Origin: Chiloscyllium plagiosum
Lineage: Eukaryota
DNA length: 42,260 nt
Reading direction: 5' to 3'
Assembly: GCF_004010195.1 (NCBI RefSeq)
Contig: NC_057719.1
Coordinates: 32,668,138-32,710,397, forward strand
The translations under genes were made by a program, and so were the position numbers. Below, piece by piece: positions 24,050 through 35,981 of this stretch (within the stretch, counting starts at the first letter, position 1; the number at the start of each line of letters is the position of its first letter). The notes below the pieces were generated by a model. That model was not told the DNA's origin. It made no database searches and saw nothing but the letters and a program-made list of their open reading frames with translations.

Positions 24050-25407
24050 ATTGTTGACTGGTGGTCTGTATCTGACACATAACCTCAACACCAAGGAGAG
24101 GGAAGCACTGAAATCACTAAGAAACGATAAGAACATAATCATACTACCAGCAGATAAAGGCAGAATGACGGTCATCCTAGATAAATCTGATTACATCCAA
24201 AAAGCACAACAACTACTTGCAGATATCAACACCTACCAAATGAAGGAATTTGACCCCACATCACAACTCACCAATAAGATAAATAACACACTAAGGAATC
24301 TACAAAAAAACGGACAGATAACCAGAGCTGACCTACAAAGAATGAAACCGGAAAGCAACAACACCCCCAGATTCTATGGATTACCTAAAGTACACAAACC
24401 AGACATCCCACTCAGACCCATATTATCACTACCAGGGACACCATCACACAAACTGGCCAAAGAACTACAACAGAAACTGAAACACCTGGTCAGCGGATCC
24501 AAACACTCTATACAATCAACACAGGAATTCTTGGACATCATCAGAAATATACACATAGACAAAGAAGAAACCATGATATCATTCGACGTGACGGCACTGT
24601 TCACTTCGATTGACAAAACCCTAGCCAGAGAAACAATAACCAACCTACTGGACAAACAGAACAGACAACAGGACGTTGAACCTATCAACAAAGATGGCAT
24701 ACTTAAACTACTGGACTTGTGCCTCACAACACACTTCACATTCAACAACCAGATATACGAACAAATCAACGGAACACCCATGGGATCACCAATCATAGTA
24801 GAGGCAGTTATGCAAAGGTTAGGACAAACAGTCTTACCACAAATTCAACCCAAACTCTGGGTCAGATATGTCGATGACACGTTTGTAATCATTAAAAACA
24901 TGGAAATAGAAAAAACACACCGGATCATCAACGCCACACTCACAGGAATCCGATTCACGAGAGAAGAAGAAAAGGACAACCAACTCCCATTCCTAGACGT
25001 GATGGTACAGAGAACACCAAATGGAGAATTCACCACAAAGGTATACAGGAAAGCCACACACACAGACCAAGTCCTAAACTATTAAAGTAACCACCCCGAC
25101 ACACACAAAGGAAGCTGCATCAGGACACTATTCAAAAGGGCCACAACACACTGCAGTACACCAGAACTACAAAAAGAAGAAGAGGAACACCTATACAAGG
25201 TATTCGCCAAAAACGGATACCCGCGCAACTTCATCAACAGATGCCTAAGAGAAAGACCACGGAACGAGGACATACCACAACCAAAAGGACTAGCCACACT
25301 ACCATACATCAGGAGCATCTCAGAACTGACAGCCAGACTACTGCGACCCCTAGGACTCATAACAGCACACAAACCAACAGCCACGCTCAGACAACAAAGT
25401 GTCAGAT
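24050..25407 (+). pseudogene. Penelope-like (probably Poseidon-group) reverse transcriptase, internal fragment with one nonsense codon
   Basis: ORF 24051-25085 has PADKG, PRFYGLPKVHK..PLRPI, SFDVTALFTSI, GTPMGSP, RYVDDTF, LPFLD and VYRKATHT. The frame continues past TAA (25083-25085) as SNHP..TLFKRA..KNGYP..TLPYI to about 25397. No GIY-YIG domain. 15-bp TSD acattactttggtgg at 24035-24049 and 25408-25422. Confidence 0.93.
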
Positions 25408-25889
25408 ACATTACTTTGGTGGCTTCAGTACAAATTCAATTGGAACAGCCTGGTTTTACTGAAAGAACTGCTTTATCAGAAGTTAGGTAGAACAGCACCT
25501 GCAACAATTTCACCAAATTGACTTTCTACTGTGCAAAAAATCATTGAATGGGATCTGGTTTTAATGCATCACTGCTGGTTCTATTAAAGGCACTGTGAAA
25601 CAAGTGCAAATGGCTCACGTTATTTCCAACTTTTCCTGCTTTTCAATACTATCATTCTACAGTCAGACAACATCTTCAATTAGTGCACTAGAACTGACAA
25701 CTGTTATGTTTACTAATGAAACCTGCACAAGTAACCTGAATTTTTACATCGCCATGCCTTCATTTCTTACAGGGGTAACACATTGGAAATCAAGTTCCAC
25801 TATTACTGGAGATGTCATTAAAGTTAAAGACTTTCAAATAGTTATATTTAATCCCCAATCTACCTGAATTTCAGACAAAGGTTAATAGA

Positions 25890-26710
25890 CATATGGACCA
25901 AGTTGATGTACTAAACAGAAATTATTATTTATTGGAAGCAATTAGATTCTAGCTACAGATAAATAGTTATAAATCATTTGCACACAATGCTACAAAATAA
26001 AACTCTAAACACCTTAAAATCTCCCTCATACATGCACATAGACAAACTGCCAGGAAAAATAGCTGTGGGTAAAGGAGAACTGGGAAGGAGTACAATAGTT
26101 CCTATTCATGAGTTGCTGAGATGATTCTTATGATGATCAGAATGTTGCTTCTCTGTTGCTTTTCTCCAGATGCTTGACCTGCTTTTCAAGAGACAGTAGG
26201 TATCTGGTTCATTTACAATGGTATCAGTTAAAAGTCACAGCTTGTAAGAACTGTTGAAGGAAGGATGAACTGGTATTTTTAAAGATTACGTTGATTTTGA
26301 CTGCAGAAAACAGAGAAACAGCTTTCGTCCATGTGGAGGGCAAAACACTCTCAATTTTCTTTTCCACCCCCAAGTTGTTTGGCTACATGAAAAATAGTCA
26401 TCCTGCTGTTGACAGGCTCCCATGGACTCTTGTCATCTATAAGTGATCACTAGTCCATAGACCAATGAATATCTTGTTGCCAAATAGTTGCATAACTCTG
26501 TACATAACTTTTTGGCCCCAGTTCACCTGCAACCCCAAACTTCAATATTGCTTGTATGAATATCTATTTATATGATGCTTGCCATGAATGAAAGATTGCT
26601 TGTTTTTCAAAACATGCAGCAATTCTTTAAAACACAGATTTTAAAACAGTTCTTCCCCATTTCACTCCACAACTTTCAAAAACAGAAAAAAGAAAAGACA
26701 CAGTCTTTGC
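25890..26710. repeat. Unclassified old dispersed repeat, copy 2 (approximate limits)
   Basis: Colinear similarity to 6040-6830, for example attctagctacagataaata at about 25946 and 6121. Confidence 0.6.
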
Positions 26711-28789
26711 AATATATTAGAAAAGCTTTGCTCATAAGCAAACTTGTCATTGGGTTGGGAGTATCGTCCTCCTATTTTCCTATGTCTCTCATAATCTATA
26801 AATAATAAATAAATACTTTCTTGCTTCTACTAAAAATTGAATAAAAGAACACTAATGGTAGAGAGAAAAAAAACTATGATTGTTGTGCTGAAGATGGTTT
26901 GGCTTTTTTCCCCGGAACAGGAACTTCTCAAAGGATGCTCGAGCTTTCATCTAAATATCACCTCGAGATATTTTTAATCAAACTGTTCTGAAATGATATG
27001 GCACATATTTGGGGTTGGACCCAGATTTTATGTTTCAGAGGTAAAGACAATGACACAGCACCACAATAATTGCTTCTATATTAATCCTCAATGCAAAGAT
27101 ATTCCAAGCTATTTTAATATGTTTCTATGACTACTTGCTCATTCTTCTTCCCTTTATCATTGCCTTTTGGACTTTGCTCTTCTTCCTGAATTATTAGGAC
27201 ATTTTTGCAGAGTAAAATGATGTGCATGATAACCTTTTTGAAGGTTCTCCAGGGATTTTATTGTTTTGTTACATTTGGATAACTGAAGCACTGCTTCAAG
27301 GTATCAAATAATGATCCTCAGAGTTGAACAGGCCAAACAGTACTGCTGCCTAAGGCTAATGTAATGGTATTAATATTTGTAGAAAACAAACAGTGTTGAT
27401 GAACTTTGTGCAGACCTCTCACATCATTGATTTTACTGCTCAGTAGTGAGTGCTGTGAGAGTCTGAACCTCTGGAATAAGCTATCCATCATCTCCTTGAT
27501 GTGTGTGGGCAGCAAGCTGTGCAACTTTATAGATATTCCAGTGCGACTTTTAAGGAGCCAGAAGCTTAAAAATTGAAGGTCCGAGATTACTTTGATGGTA
27601 ACTGACATTACTGCTTGGATTGTTTGAAGGTCTACCTTGAAGAGAGGGCTAAGATGGCGAACAGTCTTTCTGCATAACTGTGGCTTCCTAAGTCATTGCA
27701 CCTCACCAAATATAGTAAGCAGTATACCTGATGGGCAGCATAATAATTATCTGGCCAGTAATCCTTTGATGTAAGCTTACATATCCAGCAGCTTATCTCT
27801 GTTCGTGTGTCTCAACTAAGTCCAGTGAAAGGGAGGCATCAAACATAATTTTTATAGTATAGCACAAGCTTGTGCCAAAATAAGATGATTCCTCTGGATT
27901 CCAGTCTACAATGAACACTGGCTCACCTCCAATCCCCAGACTGTATTGGTGAAAATAATGGCATGCAAGTACATTGCAAAAGCTTGGCAAAATTATTTAA
28001 TCTTTATCTCTTTACTTATAGCAGCAATTATCTTTGTCTGAAGCCATATTTTGGTTGCAATTATATGCCTTATTACATAAAATAAATATTCTGCTGTTAG
28101 AAATATACTTGTGATCAATGAATAAAAATTATATTTGCATAAAAAATGTCAGTGACCCAAAGGTGGCTCCATTTGTGATTGGTTTGGGATCAGCATAATT
28201 GGTAGAACTATGCTGAATTCTTTTATTTCATTTGTTCCTGCGAAGGGAACATACTTAGAAGGTTGGGATTTGTTGTCCATCACCAATTGTCCTTGAGAAG
28301 ATGGTGGTGAGCTGCTCTTTTGAACCACTGAAGTCCATATGGAGCAGGAACATTCACAGTGCTGTAAGGAAGGACTTCACTCCAGTGGCAATGAAGGCGC
28401 AACAATATAGTTCCAAGTCAGCTTGGTGTGTGGCCTGGAGGGGAATTTGCAGGTAGTGGTGGTCCCATGTACCTGGTGCTTTTGTTCTAACAGATTGTGG
28501 AGGTTACAGGAGTGAAAGGTGCTGGTGAAGGAAGGTCAGTGAATTGCTACAGTGTTCTGGTGGTGGAGGGAATTAATGTTAGTGGAGGGAGCGAACGTTT
28601 AGGTGATAGAGGGTGGAGAATCGAGCAAAATACTTTGTCTTGGCTGTTATTGAGATTCTTGAATTAATGAGCTGCAAATGGTACAGGCAAATGGGGAACA
28701 TCCTATTCAATCCTGATCCAAGTCTTTTAGATAGCACAGAATTCCCATCTTGTATAGCCACTGTATCTTTATGACTCGTGCAAGAGGGG

Positions 28790-29053
28790 GTGAGGGTGAT
28801 CGAGTTGCTGTACTGTTAATCCAGAGACCCCGATTCTGGGGACCTGTGTTTGAATCCTGCTACAGCAGATGGTGGAATTTGAATTCAATTTTTAAAAATT
28901 GAAATTATAAGTCTAATTAGGTTCTTAACTAGTCTGGTCTATATATGACTACAGACCCACAGCAATGTGATTGATTCTTAACTGCCCTCAGGGCAATTAG
29001 GGATGGGCAATAAATGCTGACCTAGCCAGTGACACACTCATCCCATGAATGAG
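28790..29053 (+). mobile_element. tRNA-derived SINE with CR1-like tail (non-HE1 shark SINE family)
   Basis: B-box-like tgtttgaatcc, core gcagatggtggaatttgaattcaat, tail gggcaattagggatgggcaataaatgctg...catcccatgaatga. Confidence 0.7.
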
Positions 29054-29954
29054 TTTTTTTTTTATGTTAATTCCAAGAATATTTATGGTGAGGGATTCTG
29101 TTCTGGTGCTTTTGAAAATTTGAATGGAAGATGGTTAAACCCCTATATACTAGAGATATTCTTCACCAGACATCGGCACTTGCAGTTATAGAATAATTCA
29201 GTATCTGAGGGATCATGAATGGTGCTGAACATTATTAGATCAATTCTCACCTTATGTTGGAGACGAGGTCATTGTTAAAGTAGCTGAAGATGTTAGGCAT
29301 AAGAAACTATCCTGAGAATCTTCTGTGTCCTGAAGCTGAAATGATTGACCTCCAGCAAGAACAGTCATCTTATTTTGTGATTGGAAGGCAATGGATATTC
29401 CTCATCTTTGCTCCTTCGGAGCTTAATTTTGTCAAGACTCTGTGATGCCGCATATGGTTTTGATGTTGAAGGAAGTCACCTCCATCTCACGTCTGGAACT
29501 CAGTTAGTTTTTCTCGTTTGAATCAAGGCTATAATGAGGTCAAAAGCTGAGTGGCCCTGGTGGAACCCAAACTGAGTGTGAGTGAGTAATTCTTGTTGTG
29601 TAAGTGCCACTTGATAGCATTATCAACAACACTTTCCATCATTTTAATGATTGACAGTAGGCTAAAAGCATGGAAATTGGTTACATTGGATTTATCCTAC
29701 TTTCTGTGGACAAGAAATAAGTGGACAATTTTCTACTTTGTCATGTAGATGATAGTGTTGTAGATGTATTGGAACAGCTTATCTGATAGCTTGGCTAGTT
29801 CTGGAATACAAATATTCAGCACAACAGCCTGGACGTTGTCAGAGTCGACAGTCGACAGCACAGTATCCAGTGCTTTCAGCCATTTCTTGATATCACATAG
29901 ACTGAATGACACAGGCTGAAGACTGGCAACTGTGATGCTGCAGAGTTAAAGAGG

Positions 29955-30262
29955 AGCGGCACGGTGGCACAGTGGTTAGCACTGCTGCCTCACAGCGCCA
30001 GAGACCCGGGTTCAATTCCCGCCTCAGGCGACTGACTGTGTGGAGTTTGCACGTTCTCCCCGTGTCTGCGTGGGTTTCCTCCGGGTGCTCCGGTTTCCTC
30101 CCACAGTCCAAAGATGTGCAGGGTCAGGTGAATTGGCCATACTAAATTGCCCCTAGTGTTAGGTAAGGGGTAAATGTAGGGGTATGGGGTGGGTTTCGCT
30201 TCGGCGGGTCGGTGTGGACTTGTTGGGCCGAAGGGCCTGTTTCCACACTGTAATCTAATCTA
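29955..30262 (+). mobile_element. Full-length, young HE1-type SINE
   Basis: A box tggcacagtgg at 29965-29975, B box ggttcaattcc at 30009-30019, CpGs retained, taatc tail repeats, possible TSD aaa(g/a)aggag. Confidence 0.96.
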
Positions 30263-31473
30263 TAAAAAAAGGAGACCGAGATAACTCAACCGTTTGTCAG
30301 TTATCACTGTCAATTTTTGCAAATGCCTGTAACCTTGACTTTTGCACTGATGAGCTGGGCTCACCCATCATTGAGAATAGGGAATTTGTGGAATTTTCAC
30401 CTCCTGTTAGATGCTAAATTGCACTTCCGCTCACAATAGAGGAATTTGACAGGACTGCAGAGCTTAGATCTGATGCATTGATTATTTGAAATTAGCTTTG
30501 TCTATTGCATGCTGCATTTTTTGTTTAGCACGCGTGTAGGTCTTTGTCATAACTTGAATGCAGTGTGTAGGATTCACACATATAGGTGTTATAAATTCAG
30601 GTCTGCTCCAGAAATCTGCGCAAGGTCAATATTGGCAGTGGCTCTCTTCAGCAATCTGCCAGGCAAATACAGACACACACGTGGACCACAGTGGGCAACT
30701 TACCTGAACAAAATATATCCCTTGCTGTTGGTTCTCTAGCTTTTCTTCAAACAATTCTGAAAACTTCCAATAGTTTTTCTCAGATAGGAAAAAAAAACAT
30801 TGTGATAACAGATACTTTTGATGCAATCTTGAAAATGGCGCATGTTGTTATGGACTTCAGGTAAAAACTTTAATCAAAGTTGTATTAAAAGACATGTTAA
30901 AACAATTGGAATACATGATGAGGCAATGTCCAGGTCCACCTGGAGATTATAGAAGGTTGGCCTAGAGGCTTAATTGGATGTGAAACAAAACTTTCATTTC
31001 CTGACAGAGGGTTTGACCAGTAAGTTCTCGGAAGCTCTCAGGGTGGTTGACTTTCCTGACCTTAATGTTCAGAACCTTTTCTGCTTTAAGTAGCATGCCA
31101 TGAATACTCATTTATACTTCAAGCTGCATTTATACCACAGTTTTGGTAGGTAAAGACAGGCAACACGAGCTTTCTCAAGCCTGATCATTCTAATGAAGTG
31201 TGTATGTAATGGGAAAGACATCTTCCTCCAATTTCTTACGAATTCAAACTTATCCAGTGACTAGGATGCTTCATAATCAAACAGCTCCTTTGTGAAAATG
31301 CTTATAATTTCAGAGGTGAAGTCTCACTGTGATAACCAGCTCATGACAATTCTCAGTAATATACAACAATACTTGTAGCTTTTAAATGCTTATAGTGTAA
31401 GGGATGAAGATCAATCAGCTCTTGAGAAGTCTTAGTCATAGGCCATTTTACTTGTAGTTCTTATGTATGTACA

Positions 31474-31603
31474 AGGAGAAAGTGAGGATTGCAGATGCTG
31501 GAAATCAGACTGGAGAGTGTGGTGATGGAAAAGCACAGCAGGTCAGGCAGCATCCGAGGAGCAGGAGAATCCATGTTTCGGGCAGAAGCCCTTCATCAGG
31601 AAT
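31474..31603 (-). mobile_element. Single PLE pLTR 3' fragment, family A, with mutated hammerhead cleavage site
   Basis: aggagaaagtgagga..gcagatgctgg...gtttcgggcagaagcccttcatcaggaat. Minus strand reads CTGATGA-A-GGGC-ttct-GCCC-GAAAC-ATG. Confidence 0.85.
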
Positions 31604-31624
31604 TTACGTATAATCCAAGGACGC

Positions 31625-32120
31625 AGAAAATAGAACATAGAATATGGAACAATACAGTGCAGAACAGGCCCTTCGGCCCTCGATGTTGCGCCGACCTGTG
31701 AACTAATCTAAACCCATTTCCCTACACTATCCCATCATCATCCATATGCTTATCCAAGGATTGTTTAAATCTCCCTAATGTGGCTGAGTTAACTACATTG
31801 GCAGGCAGGGCATTCCAAGCCCTTATCAGTCTTTGAGTAAAGAACCTGCCTCTGACATCTGTCTTAAATCTATCACCCCTCAATTTACAGCTATGTCCCC
31901 TCGTACAAGCCGACATCATCATGCTAGGAAAGCGAGTCTCACTGTCCACCCTATCTAATTCTCTTGATCATCTTGTATGTCTCTATTATATCCACACTTA
32001 GCCTTCTTCTTTCCAATGAGAACAGACCCAAGTCCCTCAGCCTTTCCTCATAAGACCTTCCCTCCAGACCAGGCAACAACCTAGTAAATCTTCTCTGCAC
32101 CTTTTCCAATGCTTCCACAT
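31625..32120 (-). mobile_element. CR1/HER1 3' fragment
   Basis: ORF 31722-31949 (TRGHSCKLRGDRFKTDVRGRFFTQR..AWNALP) and a tagaaca tail. Confidence 0.93.
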
Positions 32121-34495
32121 TGGAAACAGGAGTAGAGCCTCACTGGTTCAACCAGAAGTCTCATTCACATATGGTCTTGCTTGTAGTTCTTCAATATTTA
32201 CAGTGTAAGAGGTGAAGCCTCATCCCATCAACAAGCTTGTCCAAATAAGGCAGCAGTACTGACTGACACCAGCGAACCATACTCAGGTACACAATTCAAG
32301 ATGGAGTGTAATACAAAAAAGACAATCATCTTAGAAGGTTCAGGTAAAGCAGGCTGAGAAAAAAAGGAGCAGTAGGGATTGAGAATTAAAGGAGGTGCTT
32401 GTGAAGGGCAGTGGTGAATGGAGGGAACAAAATGAGATGAAGAGAAGAGAATTACAGCAAAAGGGGAGGGGGTCAAGGAAGGGTACAAACTTCACATTTA
32501 AGGTGGGAACACAATGGGGTAATGAGGTACATTGGGAAGGGTGAAAGAGCAGACAATTTGAATAAGGGCTGCAGTTCGGTGAAAGTTGGGCATGGGGATC
32601 CGAATAGAGTGGGACAGGGAAAAAGCAGGAACAACCAAGGTGACAGTGAAAGATGCAGTAGTTACAGGAAGAGAGTGAAGAAGGTAAGGAGAAGGCGATC
32701 TACAGTGATAGAAGGGATGAAGGAGTATAGAGGAGGAGAGAAAGTGAATGAATGAAACGAAAAATACAATCACTATATGGCTCATTAATCATCTTATAAA
32801 AGGCTTTGCACAGAATGCAGAGTATACATGAGATGGGCATGAGATCTGTTCAGGACATGGGAATGAAACTGTCATGTAAACTGGACATTCAAAGGTTGTA
32901 GGACTGTATCACAGAAGCTAACAAAACCCAAACCACTAATGGAAAGCAATGTAAAGATCAAGGCTGCAAATATCTGCTTCATGGCAGAGTGAAGATGGGG
33001 AAAATCAGTCATGAGAATGCCCCTCACCATGTAGAGGTGGCTGGAGGACAGGCTTTCAGTCAACACATGAATAACCTAGTAAGCATCCAAAGGGTAGGGT
33101 ATGGCTTAACTATGTGAAGATCTCAAATGGAACACATATATGTCACTTGTGATATATCTTCACAGATCAGTATTTCCATTCCAGATGTTTGACCAACTAT
33201 ACCCAGCAGCTGTATGAGCATTCCCAAGATTTGGAAGAAGAAGGAGATGGAACAGAATAAGGGACATGAGGTTCAGGGCACTGTAGCTGTGGATGAAAAG
33301 GCAGCACCTGACGAGTGAAACCAGGGTCCTCAGCTCTGTCCAGCACTGTACAAAGTCATGATCTACTGAAGGAGTTTGCAGCAAGCTACAGATAAGTGAA
33401 AGACAGTATTGGAGAGGTGTTTTAGGGCTAAACATATTGTTTGCCACACCTTTCACCTCCTTCAGGTAAACTTACAGCCAGGCACCTTGACTGGATGGGC
33501 CATGCCTCTGGTATTGAGATATGGAGCAGCATTGAACATTCTAGTCATTGGCTGCTATGAAATCTCAATGGTGGACATATGCGGTATCTCCCATTCAGCA
33601 ACCAAGAAGAGCATTCATTAGCTCACCTGATGTCATTTATACAAAAAGCTATAGATTATCCAGTGGACCTAGAGAATCAAGGTACCTGAGCCATCAGATT
33701 TGCCAACATCGTTTGTTTCCCTCAGGTCCAAAGGCCCACCGATTTAACTAAAGTGGAGGAAAGATGGATTTTAGTTTCCGATTTCTGTGAAGACGTGACT
33801 TATCTTTGCTTAAAGGACAGAAGTCATTTTGAACATTGAATTCAAATCAGCATTTACAAGGTGTTACCTGATACCAGCTTAAAATGATCATCAAGCCTCC
33901 TAGGGAGGTAATTGCTGAGGTGTTTGCTGACTTGAGTTTTACGACCATTGCAGAAAAAAAGAGAGAATGAGCCAGAAACAGGTTCATGCAGGAAGAAGAG
34001 ACCCATAACAGCAAAGGTGCTCTGTAGCAGCTGCTAAGTGCTCAGCACTAGGAAGTGTCCTGAGGTGTTTAGAGATCAGTGGGAAGAAAACACCAATAAG
34101 TGGGAAAGGAGAGGCCTATCAGGGTGTTGGAGAGGAAGGTATTCTACAAGGTTTATGAGAACATGACCTTAGGGAAACCATGTTCAGTAATAGTGAGCCG
34201 TGTTTGCAGTTTGCTTTAAAGGTCTCAGTGAGAACCAGGAAAGTAGCACCTAATGAATGCCCAAACATTTGTAGAAAGGAAGTTAAAAACAGCCATGCCA
34301 GCTGAGCAAGACATTTTATCCCTGAGGTTTAAGTGCAATGGTATTACTTGGATAAATTAGCTGAACCCTTCTTTTCTAATGTTGGTAATGAAATCAACCT
34401 AATAGTCCTTGTCTAGTGTAATAGGTAATAAACATTTTTTTTGTTAAAAATACATTGCCAGCCTATTGTAAGTTGGAGCAGTGCTTGGTGACTCA

Positions 34496-34615
34496 GCCTG
34501 ATCTGCTGTGCTGTTCCAGCAATAAAGTTTCAACTTTGCTGCCTGACCTGCTGTGCTGTTCCAGCAATAAAGTTTCAACTTTGATCTCCAGCATCTGCAG
34601 ACCTCACTTTCTCCT
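34496..34615 (+). mobile_element. PLE pLTR 3' end, family A, with a 42-bp tandem duplication
   Basis: gcctga(t/c)ctgctgtgctgttccagcaataaagtttcaacttt occurs twice, then gatctccagcatctgcagacctcactttctcct, identical to the end at 35998-36075. Confidence 0.9.
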
Positions 34616-35598
34616 TTAACATTGGCCAGGAAGGCCATCGTGGATACACATCGCGGAGCCGATTTGATGCTACGCACATTGATGCTGGCAATTTGTAACC
34701 CCATTTTAACAGTTTACGAGGTTAACAGAGTGTCCATTTGCTTCTGGTCTTGCCCCTCTGAGGTAGCTGTGTGCATCCCCGTGGTGACGGCAAACTGCTG
34801 GACCTTCCCAGGGCTGAGGTAGCTGTCCGGCTCCACGCTGGAGCCATTTCCCTGTTCTGGTGTCTTCGAGTCGGGCCCAGGGTCCGCATGGTCCAGTTCT
34901 CCATCTGACAGCAGGGCTGTCACAGAACGGCTGCTCCCAGTTACCTGGAGCTGTGGGCCGGTGGGTACCTCTTGGTTCTCACCAGGTGGGGGGAGGCCTT
35001 TACCCATCCCCTCAGAAGGATCGTCTTTTCCTGCTTGGGCGGTGCTCCCCTCCTTTTTCCCCACGGTGCTCTGTCTCTTCCTCTGGTGATGACCCTCTTT
35101 GCGCCCGTCCTCACCGTCGGAAGAACTGCCTGTATCCTCGTCGTGTAGGTGTCGCTTCCCCCTTCGCTGGGTGACTTTGGGAGGTTTCTTCTTCCTGCTT
35201 TTGACAGTAATCCAATCCTCTGCCTCCTTTGATCCCTCCTCTTCCATTTCCTCCGTCTGTCTTGAAGGAGCTTGGATCAGCTGCTGCATCTCCCCGCTGT
35301 CTGCCGTCTTCTCCTCTACAGCGTGCCCTTCCTTCTGGGTGCCTCCAGACACCGTTCCCGTGCTGGTTTGTGGTACCTTGCTGGTCTTAGGTGGTCCATG
35401 GCTCGTGTTGCCACCTCCGGCCATCTGTGCGTAGATGTCGGCCCTCGTCTTGGGCAGGCCTTGTACATGTGGCCCGCCTCTCCGCACAGACTATAGTTCT
35501 TGGCCTCCTTACATCCCTTGGTCAGGTGGCCTTCCTGCTGGCAGTTTCGGCAGACGGTCACCTTGCAATCCGCCGCCATGTGGCCTGACCTCCCGCAG
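34616..35598 (-). mobile_element. Tx1-clade (L1-related) LINE internal fragment: ORF1 C-terminal half plus the first 30 codons of ORF2
   Basis: Three zinc knuckles (CGRSGHMAADC, CRNCQQEGHLTKGC, YSLCGEAGHMYKAC), frameshift near 35440, low-complexity tail with WITVKSRKKK, stop at 34714-34716, 9-nt spacer, then ATG at 34704 MGLQIASINVRSIKS (APE endonuclease start). Confidence 0.85.
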
Positions 35599-35642
35599 GC
35601 TGGAACAGCACAGCAGGTCAGGCAGCATCTAGGGAACAGGAG

Positions 35643-35678
35643 ATTCGACGTTTCGGGCACAGGCCCTTCTTCAGGAAT
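35643..35678 (-). ncRNA. Minimal type I hammerhead ribozyme motif, intact
   Basis: Exact reverse complement of 35946-35981. Confidence 0.8.
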
Positions 35679-35945
35679 GAGCAGAGAGTGTTCAGCAGGA
35701 GAAGATAAAAGGTAGGGAGGAGGGACTTGGAGGAGGGGAGTTGGAAGTGGAGGAGATGCGGTGGAGGGCACCGTCGACCACGTCGCCTTCCTGACCTGCA
35801 GTCTTCTTGTTGACCTCTCCGCCTCCATCCTACTCCGACCTATCACCCTCACCTTGACCTCTTTCCACCTATCACATTTCCAACGCCCCTCCTCCAAGTC
35901 CCTCCTCCCTACCTTTTATCTTCTCCTGCTGAACACTCTCTGCTC

Positions 35946-35981
35946 ATTCCTGAAGAAGGGCCTGTGCCCGAAACGTCGAAT
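35946..35981 (+). ncRNA. Minimal type I hammerhead ribozyme motif, intact
   Basis: ATTC-CTGAAGA-A-GGGC-ctgt-GCCC-GAAA-CG-TC-GAAT: 4-bp stem I, 4-bp stem II, palindromic ACGU stem III, predicted cleavage after C35977. Confidence 0.82.

Larger units (their letters stand above)
28222..30560 (-). mobile_element. Old CR1-like LINE of a second lineage, decayed, hosting two SINEs
   Basis: The 3' end (ttgtccatcaccaattgtccttgagaagatggtggtgagc) is the reverse complement of the tail of the 28790 SINE. Degenerate RT-like sequence continues to the right. The limit is approximate. Confidence 0.6.

Noticed and set aside
27200..28000. Possible decayed coding or viral sequence
   Set aside because: Several frames are open for 40-96 codons, but I recognised no motif.
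29955..30030. tRNA gene
   Set aside because: The A and B boxes belong to the tRNA-derived head of an HE1 SINE and continue into SINE body and tail. The same applies to the other copies.
35316..35897. 193-aa zinc-knuckle protein or retroviral gag as a real gene
   Set aside because: The ORF is a chance fusion of pLTR sequence with frameshifted Tx1 ORF1. It is followed by an APE-type ORF2 start, not protease/pol.
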